Source: Chrysomallon squamiferum (taxonomy: Eukaryota; Animalia; Mollusca). Taken from it: 64,000 nucleotides of DNA. Made by a program: the position numbers and the translations under genes. Numbering within the stretch: position 1 is the stretch's first letter; each line of letters opens with the position of its first letter. Below are positions 15,334 to 29,022 of the stretch, piece by piece. The stretch is taken from contig CM022679.1 of assembly GCA_012295275.1 (NCBI GenBank), positions 23,374,001 through 23,438,000 on the forward strand. The letters are read 5' to 3'. The notes under the pieces were generated by a model. It saw only the letters and a program-made list of their open reading frames with translations, ran no database searches and had not been told where the DNA came from.

Positions 15334-16862
15334 CGTGTGTGCGTTTTAATGTTTAACATCCGCATACTACATCCATTACGAGAGAAAAGGAAGGAAGAAA
15401 TAGAAAAATAAAGCGCCACTAATAATAACGTAATTCATTTTCCTATTCGGACTTACCTATTATCAATGATAAATAAATTACAGCGTGCGTGTCACTGTTT
15501 AGTCTAACACTGCATACATCACTGCCTGACAGATATGTACAGACACGCGGTCTGCATCGCTAATCTCACAACGTCGAAGAACGAACTTCGGCCTCTTTTA
15601 ACCCCGAAAATAATCTCCAATCCTTTTCGCAATTAATTATCAGGACTTATGACGCAAACAGCTACGTCTAATTATCAAAAACTGACGTTAAGCATCCGGG
15701 GAAACTATCTCTGCTTTCATGATCACCGCAGCTTTAATCAATAACGCGCACACGATAAAGATATTTTTGTTTCATCAATATACACCCTCCAGTTACGGCG
15801 CCGTAGCTCGCGCTATTCTCCCGCCATACTTTTAACGGCAGACGAAAACTTACAAGTGGAGACGAACTTTCGTTATTCCTTCGCCAGCTGCGCGCGCCTT
15901 CCCACCCTCCCCCTTTCTACTTAGACCCACCACCACCACCACACGTAAGACGATACGGAGGGGAGAGAAATGTATATATAAATTTCTCTCTCTCTCTCTC
16001 TCTTTCTCTCTTCTCTCTCTCTCTCTTCTCTCGTATCTAGAACGGGCCAGATTATTTCGCCCACGTTGTAAATGAGGCGTAATGTCTACCTCGGCACAGC
16101 CGAGAAGGATCGATCAGTGGTGTGTGACCCGATAATAGAGCACACTAACCAGTTAACGGGCGTGCATAGTCGGGAGATAAACCGCATAAACACGCCAGCT
16201 TTTCTAACCAGCACAGCCGTTGGCGGGTTTTGCTGTGACGCCAATTTAAACACACGGCCTTGTGAAGTAAGCTAAGAGCCGTTTAATTAATAATGGAGCG
16301 CGCTGGCGAAGAAAGGCGAGAGAGGAGAGGGGAAAAATACCCACAACAAAAACAAGTGACGACGACGACGACGACGATAATTAGTAGTAGATAAAATAAA
16401 CAGATGAATTAAATAATATGCTGCGTTGATGTATAAAAGTTAAAAATGTTCTTTTGTGACGTGTTTTAAAAAAAAAAAAAAAAGAAACCAAAAAAAAAAA
16501 AAAAAAAATCGATTTACTGCGATGTTTAAGAAAGAAGAAAGAATGGATTAATTGCGACGTAATTTTACGAACTTTAAAAAATAATGTTTTTTTTTTAATT
16601 ATCTATTTACTTATTAAATACTCTTTGTTTATAGAGCTGTGAATTATTTATTTATTTTTAATCAAATTAATTTAACAAAAAAAAAAATGGCTGATACAAA
16701 AAACGAACGTTTAAACTTAAAGATAAGAAACAAAACAGTAATGACGGAAACGAAAATAATAAATACACAAGGATAAACACGATACAAACTACTAGTAATA
16801 CATTTAGTACAGCCGCCATTATCACTAGTACTACTACAACTAATAAAAAAAAATGTATTTAC

Positions 16863-17438
16863 CGAAGACGTCAGAAAGCAGCAACTGTCACAACGGCAGG
16901 CAGTAGGATGGACAGCGAGAATTCCTTTCGTCAATAAAAGCTTGAGACTCCTTCCAAAATGTCTGATAGATCGTTTCCAGTCCTTCGCCGTCTCCCGCCC
17001 GCTCACGAACTGAAATTCATTGGGCGTCAACCACGACCCGTCGTACTGAATGCACGACCCCTTGCTTCCCTGACAGAGTTTCGACAAATACATCTGCGCT
17101 TTGTTGGATCCGCACTCCACCTGGAACAAAATGTCGTTATCCCGAAAAATCGGCTTCAAATCGTCCCCTGCGTTCTCCATGTCCAACTGCGTACTACCGA
17201 TTCTGTACGTGGTCGGGCCGATTTTGTTGAGTTTCGCATCGTATTCTTTTTCATTAAAGTCAAAATGTTTCGTCGGCGTCGTAGCCGTTGTTGTTGTTGT
17301 TGTTGTTGTTGTTGTTGAATCCGTTTCACTGTTTTCGTCTGCTTCGCCAGTGAAAGCAGACGACACGTCTTTCTGTACATTGTTATTGTCGGTTTTCACT
17401 TTTCGCGGTCTTCCTCTGTTAGCTTTACGGCGTCGCAT
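16863..17438 (-). CDS. Coding exon (192 codons) of a SAND-domain nuclear protein, probably the N-terminal exon of an invertebrate SAMD11/SAMD7/Samuel-like SAND+SAM protein; DEAF1/GMEB-type not excluded
   Basis: Translation MRRRKANRGRPRK...ILFQVECGSNKAQMYLSKLCQGSKGSCIQYDGSWLTPNEFQFVSGRETAKDWKRSIRHFGRSLKLLLTKGILAVHPTACRCDSC contains the SAND signature WxTPxEF...KDWKRSIR. Protein-like sequence stops at a phase-0 donor TCG|GTAAAT (GT at 16862-16861), after which the ORF reads into AT-rich intron. The ATG is directly preceded by a polypyrimidine tract plus AG. Family assignment is from recall, not a search. Confidence 0.9.
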
Positions 17439-17749
17439 CTTTGTGAATTAAGAAAGAAGAAGAAAAAAAATAGAACAAACAAATAAATAAACACTGTTCA
17501 CAGTCAAAACACACAATGAAACTTAAATCCAAATTCCCAATTGCCGATCGAATAATAATAATAATGATGATGACGATGATAATAACAACAGCCGTTCGAA
17601 CAACGATAATAACGTCAGTAACACCGAAAGATCCGTGTCCGTAAATTAAAACACACACACAAGTTTGTGAAGTTACAAACAATCCGAAAAAGAGAACAAC
17701 AACACGAAGCGGAAAAAAACCACACTCCCACAAAGTACGTGTAATAAAA

Positions 17750-18210
17750 GTAGAGTGACGTCTGCTTATCGCTCTTCTGTTTCGCCGACTGGTTTTATCG
17801 TAAACGATCGGTATCGCTCGCTCGCTCGCTCACTCACCACGACTTCTTTTTCCCAGAGACTCCGAACTATTTACGACACCGTGCCGGCGAGACTATTTCT
17901 TGCAGGCTGGACGCACTTTAGTCTCTCCGCGCGCTATCAAATTCCCCGATTCTCCCAACGACCTCACAGCGTTGTATATTGATTGCACATTGTATTGGGA
18001 GGCCCTGAATGACAAACGTGCGTGGACGCCGGCTGAAAACGATTCTAAAACGGGTTCGGGAAAATTTTTTCCCTGTGATCCCGACCATCAAATGACATTG
18101 CATAGATAATCAATATTAATGAGTCAGTTGAATTCAGTCGATCTGTCACGTGGGCTCCTTCTTAAGTCGTTTCACGCACGCATTGATACGGAAGTGGTCA
18201 TGTCCCTGGC
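17750..18210 (-). promoter_or_regulatory. Candidate proximal promoter / CpG-rich region of the SAND gene
   Basis: CpG-dense, high-complexity block just upstream of the coding exon, with an E-box (GTCACGTG near 18145) and an ETS-like CGGAAGT near 18190. Confidence 0.45.
17838..17935 (-). other. Candidate non-coding 5' UTR exon of the SAND gene (intron 17837-17439)
   Basis: Consensus donor GTG|GTGAGT (GT at 17837-17836) pairs with acceptor TTTTTTTTCTTCTTCTTTCTTAATTCACAAAG|ATG at 17439. The segment has no ATG and is CpG-rich. The 5' boundary is a guess. Confidence 0.5.
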
Positions 18211-19767
18211 GGTAAAAGAAATTTAAAAAAAAAAAAAAATTAAAAGAAAAGAGTAAGAGACGAAAAAGAAATAAAGAAAAAGATAAACGAAAGAAATTTA
18301 AAAAAAAAAAAAATAATAATAAATAATGATAATAATAAAAATAAAAAATAAATCTTCTAGACGTTTGTTGAGAATGAATGGAACAGCGTTGAAATACGAG
18401 GCGCCACTAATCACTGAGCTTGGTAGAGAAGCCGTGACGAAAACTTGTTCGACGTGCGTGCGCAAACAAACGACCACATATCTTCAGCAGAGGGTGTAAC
18501 GGAAATAAAGCCCGGTCGAAAAACCCAAGTCTTTGTCCCTTTCACACGAAACTTCGAGTTGAAATAAAAGCCGGAGGCAAACGAGTCACATTATCGTCTT
18601 TAAGTCGAGAAAGAAAAAAAAAAAAAAAAAAAAAAGCGTCTTTATATAGGCTAGTTTTTTTTTTTTTTTTAGAAAAATAAAAGAAGAAAATTAATGAAAA
18701 TAAATAAGTTAAGTAATATCAGTATAATTTAAATTTTATTGCCTTAATCATTTCTTTTTTTTCTTTCTTTCTTTCTTTCTTTATTTATTTATTTATTTTA
18801 TATATATAATGTATTTATTTATTTTATTTATATAATGTATTTATTTTTCTGTTTTCGGAAATACTTTTATATTTAATTCATATTTTTTCATGGATTTTTT
18901 TTGTTTTTTCTTCGTATTCTTCTTTTCCTTCCTTTTCATTTTTAAATATTTTATTATTATTTCTTGTTCTTTCCATTTTATGGGGGTTTTTTTTGTTGTT
19001 TTTTTGTTCTTTTTTGGGGGGTTATTTGTTTCCTTTTTCAAACGTATTTTAAAATATTTAAAAAAAAAAAAAAAAAAAAAAATCATTTACGTATTTTATA
19101 GTCAGGTTACGTGACATGCTGTATGTAACAAGCCATTGATCAAACAGGCGTTGTCGTTTTTATTTTCTCAATCTATTCACGCGCAAACTCCCGGCGAACG
19201 TGAGCTAGCTGAGAGCGCGAGCACGGGCCCGCCAATCTCGCGATAAGATTATTCGCACGTTTTCGTGTCTCTCCGCGTTAGCACGCACTCGTTCAAACGG
19301 ACGTGATGCTTTTCCCGAAATAGCAAATTAACTCGCAGGAGTCTCAACCGCCATTACTTTCCAAGTCGTTCGCAAAAAAAAATGGAAGACCAAGCTGTTA
19401 TCGAATTTAAAAAATTTCTAAAAGCAAAAAATATGGTAAAAAAAAAATAATAATAATTATAATTACGGAGCCGTCAGCATTTTTTTTTTTTTTTTTTCGA
19501 ACACTAAGAATGACGCCTAAAATGAACACAGAATTTTTGTCGGTGAATTTTCAACAAAATTTTGATTTACAAGTACGTCCTAACTGTCAGTTTGTTCAGT
19601 TAAGGAATTAATTTAATGTATTTATTGCTTTGGGCAAAGGTAATAAATTTATTTTACGCCAGTAAACGTCTTTCATCATTCAATTGAACTTAACCGAATA
19701 AGACGTATAGTTACAAGTTTAGATTCAAGAAACAGAAAAGATGTTTTATTAATTAATTAATTAATTA

Positions 19768-19817
<50 letters not shown>

Positions 19818-19926
19818 TAATAATAATAATAATAATAATAATAAACAAATATATAATTACAAAGCAATCATTGCCAAATAATTTGTTTTGTCTGTTTATT
19901 TATTTATTTATTTATTAATGTTGTTG

Positions 19927-19978
<52 letters not shown>

Positions 19979-20645
19979 TTTAGTTAGTTAGTTAGTTATT
20001 TAGTTATTTATTTATTTATTTATTTAGTTATTTATTTATTTATTTTATTTTATTTTATTTTTTACTTTCTTATTTTATTTTATTTTTTTTATTTTTATTT
20101 TTTTTTTTTTATTTTTTTTTTTAACATAATAAAAAAAAAAAAAAAAAAAATTCCCAAGGCGGCAAAGTTGAACGTCTGCGGACCTAATCCCTCCATTCGT
20201 TCCGCTATCCGCAGACGCAGCCCGATGTTGGGCGTAACGCGCTGTGAAACGGAAACCGAAGAAAACTGCAAGAAAGAAAATAATTTATAAATATCGTGAC
20301 GGGCTCGCCGAATGACTTTGTTCTCGATCGAACCGAGCGACTTTTTCCTTCTATTTAACTGACCCAATTATCCAACAAACTACTTAAACCAACACAAGAC
20401 GCTTTTGTTCCACGGGCGTGTCACCATGGCAACGTATTCGGGTACTTTTTGTTTTGTTATTTTCGGAGAGTTTTTTTCTTTTCTTTTTTTTTTTTTAACG
20501 CCTTCTTGTTGTAAGAGGGATTCGGTATCACAAACAAAGAACGGATTACAGAGAGAGCACTGATCTTAGCAAATTTATTTATTTGATTTGAAGATTATTA
20601 AAATACAAGCAAATAAAGAAAAAGAAATCATAGTTATTACAATTT

Positions 20646-20686
<41 letters not shown>

Positions 20687-21029
20687 CTAATAGTAGAAGT
20701 ACTGAAACTTAAAATGCTTTTTTTTTATGATGTTCCAGAAGCTGCTCTGAAAATTCGCTTTCAGAATGTTTATGAATATTAAAAGAATTTGAAAACACAG
20801 TCAAAAAACATTTGATTTGAAGTATTTAAATGATGGAAAATAAAATAGTATTTTGCCTATCCAAAAATAAACATCGAAAAGTTATCAGTCAACATGAAAT
20901 AATAAACATGTTTTTTAGTTGTACTGTACAGGAAATATCTAATTTTTTATTTATTGTTTATTACTTTAACTTAATAGAATAAAACTGATTTCAACACAAA
21001 TTTTAATTAATTAACCCAGGAGAACAGAG

Positions 21030-21490
21030 CTTATCACACCATAACACAAAACATAACACAAAATGTAACACAAAACAGCACAGATCAACAACACATGTCA
21101 AAATAATCTAATTCGTTATAAATCCACATAACATAAAATTAACACAAAATCAGTACAATACAACATAAATAAAGTATCTCAACATAAAATAACATCACTA
21201 AAACAAAACAGCATAACATATACAATGTAGGTCACCATAAACTAATGTAGCTGAACACAACATAGCACAACATAAAACAGCATTACTCATAACACAGCTC
21301 AAGACATGTCAACACAAAACAGCATAATATAAACAACATAAATTAACATAATTCAATATATGACAACAGATCTCAACACAATATAATTCAACACAAAATG
21401 GGCAACATAGCTCAGAAAAATTCAACACAACAACACAACATAATATATTTCTACACAACATAATGCAGCTTCGCATGACAAAATTGAGTT
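21030..21490. repeat. Degenerate pentamer-derived (AACAY)n satellite
   Basis: About 450 bp of CAACACAAAACATAAC-like units, strongly A/C-skewed and nearly CpG-free. Confidence 0.7.
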
Positions 21491-24400
21491 CAATAAACTA
21501 AGTCATCTCTTAAATAAAATATTTCAGCTTTATTACCTTTTATTATCGGTTTGACAATGGTAGTTATTTTTGTGCTGACATATCCTTTAATATTTATTCA
21601 TATATTTATTTATTCGTGTATTCGTAAATTCAGGAACAAAAATATTATACCCCCAGAACCACTTAAAAACCCAGTCAATTAATTAAAAAAAAAAAAAAAA
21701 TACAAAGTATACAACAAAATAAATGTGTGAGAGAAGAGAGAAGAAAAAAAAAATGTGATAGTTTCCAATTTTAAAATAATAATGATAATAATAATAATAA
21801 TAATAATAATACAAAATGTCGAATTCCCCGATGTGCATTTTAAAATAAGACCGTGCTTTGTTACGTAACCGTGCCAGGTGAATCGACGTAGGCGTTCTTT
21901 GCATTTCAAACACGCAGACTACCGTCACGTGATCAAAAAAACAACACAAAAATAATTCAGTAACAAACAATATTTTATTAACTACTCGACGATTCCTCTT
22001 TGACCTATTGCCCGTTCCAGAAAACTGTAAATGTCGTTCTGCTGTTTATGAGAAGGTGTCTGTAAATGACCCCATACTGCTAAGCAATAAAAGGAAAATA
22101 AAGTATAGCGGGTTTCCGCTCTCACGTAATCATTAGGTTTACTGAATAAAATATATAAATGTTTCGTTATTAATAACTGATAATCATAAAAATACATTTA
22201 GGTGTGATATGTAAATATTTATTGATTCATTCATTCCGAAACGAACTCACAAAACTAAGCATTTTCATACTTTTAGCAGAAATTTTCATTAAACGTAAAT
22301 TTATCGAGTTTTAACATTGTAATTTAATACGTTTGGTTATTTGGAATTTTAAATCCGCTGAAATAAAACACTTTCGTTTCCGATGTAAAATAGATCACGC
22401 AAATTATTCACTGGAGTGGCCATTTGCAAAAATATCGTTTGATATAATAACATCTGAAATCATCAATATTTTTACAATATAAGAATTACCATCATCATCG
22501 TCATTACTGTCATTATCATCATCATCATCAACGTTATTGTCATTATCATTATTATAATCGTCGCTGTCATTTTGGTTGTTGTTATCGTCATCGTCATCGT
22601 TATTGCTAACAATGGTGATTTCGTCCTTGATATTTTGTTCAAGTTAGAAAGCTACGTACGTGATTCGTTGTTTTGACTTGTTAAATGTTAGCTATTTTGC
22701 TAGTCTTGATTGGTTAGTTAAATTCAAGTATTTAAAATATTTGTATTATAATAGTGATCTAAATAGATTTTTTTTTTTTTTTTTTTAATTAAGCGTACGA
22801 GAAGTCAGACTGAAAGAAAACTAAAGTCAGAAATAAGTTAAGAAAGAAAGAAGGAAAGAAAAAAAAAGGAAAGAAAATAAATGAATACGACTTTAACTGA
22901 ACCTTGCTAAAAAAAAAAAAAACAATAATTTATCATGGCAAAAGTTTTTTAACCATTAATTTTTCACTGTGACCTTTCTGATAACCGACGAACCGTTTCC
23001 GGGTCATGTGACCGGTCGGATGTTTCTACACCTGTTTCTGGTTTCTTTCCTGCACGCGGGAAAACACTTAATATCGTCTGCTCTCTTTTCATGGTTTTTT
23101 TTTTTTTTAGTTGGTTTTTTTTTTACTATTTTTATTTTTTATTTTTTTTTTTTTTTTATGTGAAATGTATCTGTTCTCGTTATGTCAAATTTATTCATTA
23201 TTCATTATTATTTTTTTTCTATTTCTATAGATTTTTTTTACTTATTTATATTTTTTTTCTTCTAATTTATGGATTCCTGAGAAAATGTTATAAATTACAT
23301 AAAGTTAGAGTTTTTAATCACACACACATATATATGTACACTTTTATTGTTGTTGTTGTTATAATTTGTGTTATTGTTGTAGTAGTTGTTGTTGTTGTAG
23401 TTGTTGTTATTATTGTTGCAACAGTAGAGAGGTGGTAGTAATAAGGAAAAGAAAGGCATTTTTCATTCAATGGGACCGTTCCCCAGACACATGCATCCTG
23501 TACTGCAGTTTTAACTAAACTAACAGCTAGAAAAAGAAATAATTGTATTTGCCTGATTAATCGTTCTGAGTCGCTAAACGCCGAAACACCGCATTAAGAA
23601 AACACAGGATCGAAAAACCAATTCAGACAAAATGAGGTGACACCCCTTAATCCTTCTCTTTCTTCTTCTTCTTCTTTAAGAGAAGAATACAACAAAAAAA
23701 ATAGAATTAAAAAGAAAAAAAAAAAACAACAAAGTACTGCCTAGCTTTACGGTATATTTTGCACACGAAACCTCCGATTCTAGATTGCGTGCTAAGGACT
23801 TCGTTTTTCAGAACGCAAACAAGCTCGACCGAAATGAAAACTAAAATAACAGAATAATTAACGACTGCTGCCGCAGGAGATTTCCCTTATCAAATCCGTT
23901 AGAAGACATGACCAGAAACGAAGGCAAATTATTTAAATTTTATTTCTGTTTGTATTAATTTTATCCTCTCTTATTTGCATAAACCGAAGACGTCGGATTT
24001 TAATCGTGTGCGAGGTATTGCACACGTCACCCACTTTGTTGTCAGTTTCGTGTCTGCTCGCTAGCGCGAGACTGGTCCGGATCGACAGAACCGAGAGAGA
24101 TGTATTTTTATGAACAAGAGGACAGTCTAGGTGAATATCTGCGACGCCTACCACGTTGTCACACAAACTGCTTTGACTAACTGGCCAGCCGCGATGTACT
24201 ATTTGTCTGCGACGCTTAAACAAATATCTGCAGGCCATTTTAAAGTTTCTCCCGTTTGAAGGACATTAAGTAGAAAATATGGCTGAAAAGAAGTGGGGCT
24301 TTTAAAATAGGACGGACAAAAAAGAAAAAAAAATTGTTATATAAAAAGTAGTTTTCAGTTAATAAAAAGAAATATGTTGAATGGGCATATTAATGTCATT

Positions 24401-24689
24401 TTCAGATATTTGAGTATGGAGGTCTAAATCATCTCAGTTACGAAATCACGAAAAAGAAAAAGAAAAAAGAAGTAATAAATGTTGCTTACAGATATAAATA
24501 AATGAATAAAAAAATGTGTTTGACGACTACTCAGAACATTTTAATTGTAATGGTTATTAGATATCAGTGTTCATTTTTTTTTTTTTTTTTAGGAGCATGA
24601 AAAACCCAAAAAAAAAAAAAAACCTCACCTTTATCGCCACTACAGTACAATGATTTTAAATGTGATACTGGCTTAATGGGAAATGTCCA

Positions 24690-24760
24690 TCACAAATTTC
24701 CTCTCATAATTCATATTATATATATATGCGTGGTCCTTAGAAATATGTGTGACTCAGTTT
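24690..24760 (+). mobile_element. Possible 3' fragment of the same SINE family
   Basis: TTTCCTCTCATAAT...GCGTGGTCCTTAGAAATATGTGTGAC resembles the recalled SINE tail TTTCCTCTCTCAATATCTGTGTGGTCCTTAACCATATGTCTGAC. Confidence 0.35.
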
Positions 24761-27700
24761 AAATATTAAAAAAAAAAAAAAACTTTTATTGTTAAGTAAA
24801 TCGTTTTTCTATGTCGTGTAGTCAGTCACAGGTTAAATTTATATTCAGGGTATATATGTTAAATAAAATATTTATTACTTCTAGGAAGAGTTTGTGTTTA
24901 GAGAGAAAAGTCTGCGAAGTTATCTTCCACAGAGTTCAGTTAAGTCTGGGTAAACATCAATGCAATTGGGATTTGATCGCAGAACCTGTTAGACGAAGGA
25001 AAGATAATTTAACCACGCCGTCACCGAGGTTGGTACAATATAACCTGCTATTATTTTTTTGTTTAAACGATTCCTTGACATTTAATACATGGGAGACATT
25101 CGAGACAAGAATTTTCGATTTCTGATTAGAAATGACCATCTCCGTAGCCAGCGGCACATCTTTGGCAACCAGTCTGAAAACATCGTTATACAGAAACGTG
25201 ACACCGAGTCTCGGTCGTACACTAAGAGAGCGTTTCCTCGAAATTCGACGCCATTTTGGATCGAAATTATGATCTTTTCCTGAAATCGTGCATTTTACCC
25301 TTTTGATTAAATCAGACGATTTCACTTCCACACTCTCGACGTTTTCCGTTATCAGATAAGAGTTCGCGAAGCCGGAACTTTCATTTCTAGCCTACTCTTA
25401 AAAATGTTCCGTAATTGGACAACTTTTTTTTTTTCGTTTTTTTTTTTTTTTTTTGAAAGTAGAAAGTTTGCCTCTGGCTAACACCATATATTATACTGAG
25501 CTCGTGTGGACTATTAGGAAGAAGTTTTTTGATAAATCTGTGAAAAAAATTAAGACGAAGAAATAAAAATACATACATACATATATATATAAAATAATTA
25601 GTAATAATTATGTTTAAAATATATATATAATTAATAAGGTGAACCTGTGTCATACTATAATACTAAATAAATAAATAAATAAACTCAAGATTCGGTGTTT
25701 TAAGCATACAAACTAAAAATAGGAAACTACAAGGAAGAAGGAAGATGGGTTTTATTTCACAAATCACTCAAGATATTTTTAAATTTAAATGCGTCACCCG
25801 AGTGATTACGGACAATAACGATTAAGGACAGAGGAAATCCGATGTTGGGATTAAAAAAAAAAAAAATCTTTTAAAAGCATCTTTTAATAGCACATACTAT
25901 ATAATCTTCGATAATCCTGTGGTTGAGAACTAGATGAGATAATGTTACGTATGTATAATCGTCATATTTTATTTTTAGCAAAGGCTGGTGTCTAGTTATA
26001 AAGCATTCAGGATGGATGTTTGTTGTTTTTGATATGTCAGTGTCACTGTTGAAATGACAACGTCGGTGTTGATGATGAGTAGGAGGAAATGGATGATAGT
26101 GGTTCCATGCTCAAAAAAAATAAATAATAATAATAAAATCGCGGTTACTGCAAGAATATAGTTGAAAAAAGAAAATAATACCAGAGTTGTTTGAAGAGAA
26201 TTACTTTTTTAAAATAAATAAATAAATAAATAAATAAAATTTCGGTTTTAATAGCTTTATTCTTAATGAAAAACCTAAACGAGACATTATACCATTTATA
26301 ACAATTTGTTTTTTCAAACAAATCAATTAAATAAAATTATCTACTAAAACTTAAATAAAACCTGTTCCGATTTCTCTTTTTCAAAATATTATATAAATTA
26401 AACAAAAATATTAACGAAAATAATTTAAAAAAAAAAACCTCTTCCCACATCGCAAATAACTGAAATCTCTTCCCCTTTCTCTTGTTCAGACATATAAATA
26501 ATAAAAAAAATAATAATAATAAAAAATAAATTGTTTACTACAGAATATAACAGAAAAACCTCTTCCTATTTCGCTTCTCGGTGTTCCTGAAATAGAACAA
26601 AGACGTGAACGCCACGTTTCCTCGGATATCGTCGCTGTCGTTATTTATATTCGTATCCCATCACGCCTGGCTGCCCGGATTCGCCACGACCAACAACAGA
26701 ATGTGTAAATCTGAAACCTTCTTCGTGAATTATACTAGATTAGGTTCGAGTAAATTTCCGTCAGACGATAAAATTACTCTTCGACCTTTATAAGTGTCGC
26801 ATGTCTTCTCTCACTTTGTTGGGTGTATTTACTGTACTCGCCGCATTTGACTTACATAGATAAAGGACCTTTGTATTTCGCACAAAACAAAACGTAGTTT
26901 CCTACCATTACTGTTAAATACGTGTGTGGCAAAGGTCGCAGCAGCTACGACTACGACGGCGGCGTTATAAGCGTGAATATTTTATGTCATGGTAGTTGTG
27001 GGGAAGAAACAAAAATAATTTATGTCACGTAGACAAGGTAGCACGTACCATTATTTTAATACCACTACTACTACTACTATTTAATTTATATTACTTTTTC
27101 TTTAAGTATTTTTTAATTTTATCATGAATTTCTTTTACTTTCAGCATATTTTTATTATTTTTATTAATAGTAGTAGTAGTAATAGAAGTAAATATTTAAA
27201 AAATTAAAATTAATAAAATAAAATAAAATAAGATTGACGGAAGAGAGAAATGAACATCGATTAGATTGACTCTGGAAGCTACTCTTTTTTTCTGACTCAT
27301 AGAGGCACCCACTCGCCTACGCACCCAACACACAACCATATACATATTATACATCAACACATACATTTATATATCAACACACACATACGTTTATATATAT
27401 ACACACACACACATACATATTATATACATACATACATACATATATACAACAGACACACACACACATAATGTACATACATGCACACAACATGCGCATTTAA
27501 ACACCACTGTAATTTAAATACACTGTAACCGTAAACCTGTGATATACGAACAACATAACGCAACCAGATTTATATCTTTCTTTTTTTGTGTGTGCACTAA
27601 GAACAACAATAATGTTTGTGAATCGTAGAAAAACTCACGCGATAAGAGCGTGTTTGTGTCACAGTATTGTTTTCCTCGTGCTCTGGCTGTGTAATAACTC

Positions 27701-27784
27701 CTACTTACGTCAGACATCAACTATTTATAGTAACGTGACGAAAAGAAACAATCCGTTTATCAATAACTGAAAAATCCGTGAGTT

Positions 27785-27825
<41 letters not shown>

Positions 27826-28212
27826 TGTTGTTTTTTTTTTTCTTCGTTTGTATTTATTGTTTTAACCTTGTCTTCTACTACTGTTGTCACAACAGTTACT
27901 ACTACCACTGATATCAACTTCACAAAAATAACTACACTGCTACTACTGTTCCAGAAACCACAACTACTACTGATAATACTACCAACAACAAAAACAACTA
28001 CTGCTACAGCTGCTACTAATATTTCTACTATTACAAAAAAACACTACTAATGATAATAGTAGTAACAGACCCGCGCCTGTCTTTCTCTCTAACCACATCT
28101 CTGTAGACATACATCTATCTCTCTTTCTATCTGCCTACAAATCTATTCATCCGTCTATCAATCAGTGTACCTATTTCTCGCATATACGTACAGACGCTTC
28201 TACAAACACACA

Positions 28213-28259
<47 letters not shown>

Positions 28260-28962
28260 AATATTTACATACATATACTAGACATATACATACATATACA
28301 TTTAAAACACAGCTAGAAAACTGTGAGTTTTTAATCGCCTTTACTAAACTTCCAGTATGGTCTGTTACGTTCCGCCGTACATACCTACGTACAGACACTT
28401 CGTACATTTCTAACTTAACATTGAATTATTAGACAAAAGATCAGCATGGCTCCATGGCGTAGAAAATATAAATTTCTCCTTCTTCCCTCGACATTTTTTT
28501 TTTTTTCTTTTTTTCCTTTTATCCCGTCTATTGTGATTTTTGCTGCTACAATAATTTATACTCGGGTAAAACCCCCATTCAGACCCCATGGCGGGATAAT
28601 GTTTATACGGTTCAGGCTTGTTACGGTGCTGAATAATTTGGAATTATAATCGGCAGATAAATAGGTAGACATAAGCACAGAGGGAAATTGCGAAAGAAAT
28701 TCCGCCTGACCTTAGACACATACAAGTATTAGTCATCACACGAAATCACGATGCGTAAATAAATATATTTTCTTTCTTCCGTTTTCGTCTCAAGTTTCCT
28801 CCTTCTCTCTCTCGAGTTTTTTTTTTCTTTTTAAATAGCTTCATCTGTCTGTGTATCTATTTCTCTTTTTCTTTAGTTTTCTTGTTTGTTTCTAAAACTT
28901 TCTGTCTATCTATCTATCTGTCTGTCGATTATATCTGTGCGAATCTCTCTCTCTTGCTTTCT

Positions 28963-29022
<60 letters not shown>

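Noticed and set aside
16662-16862. C-terminal 66 aa of the 258-aa ORF (hydrophobic, TM-like)
   Set aside because: Lies past a good GT donor in AT-rich sequence with poly-A runs; this is intron read-through, not a membrane anchor.
16959-17451. Plus-strand ORFs of 119 and 116 aa
   Set aside because: Antisense shadows of the SAND exon.
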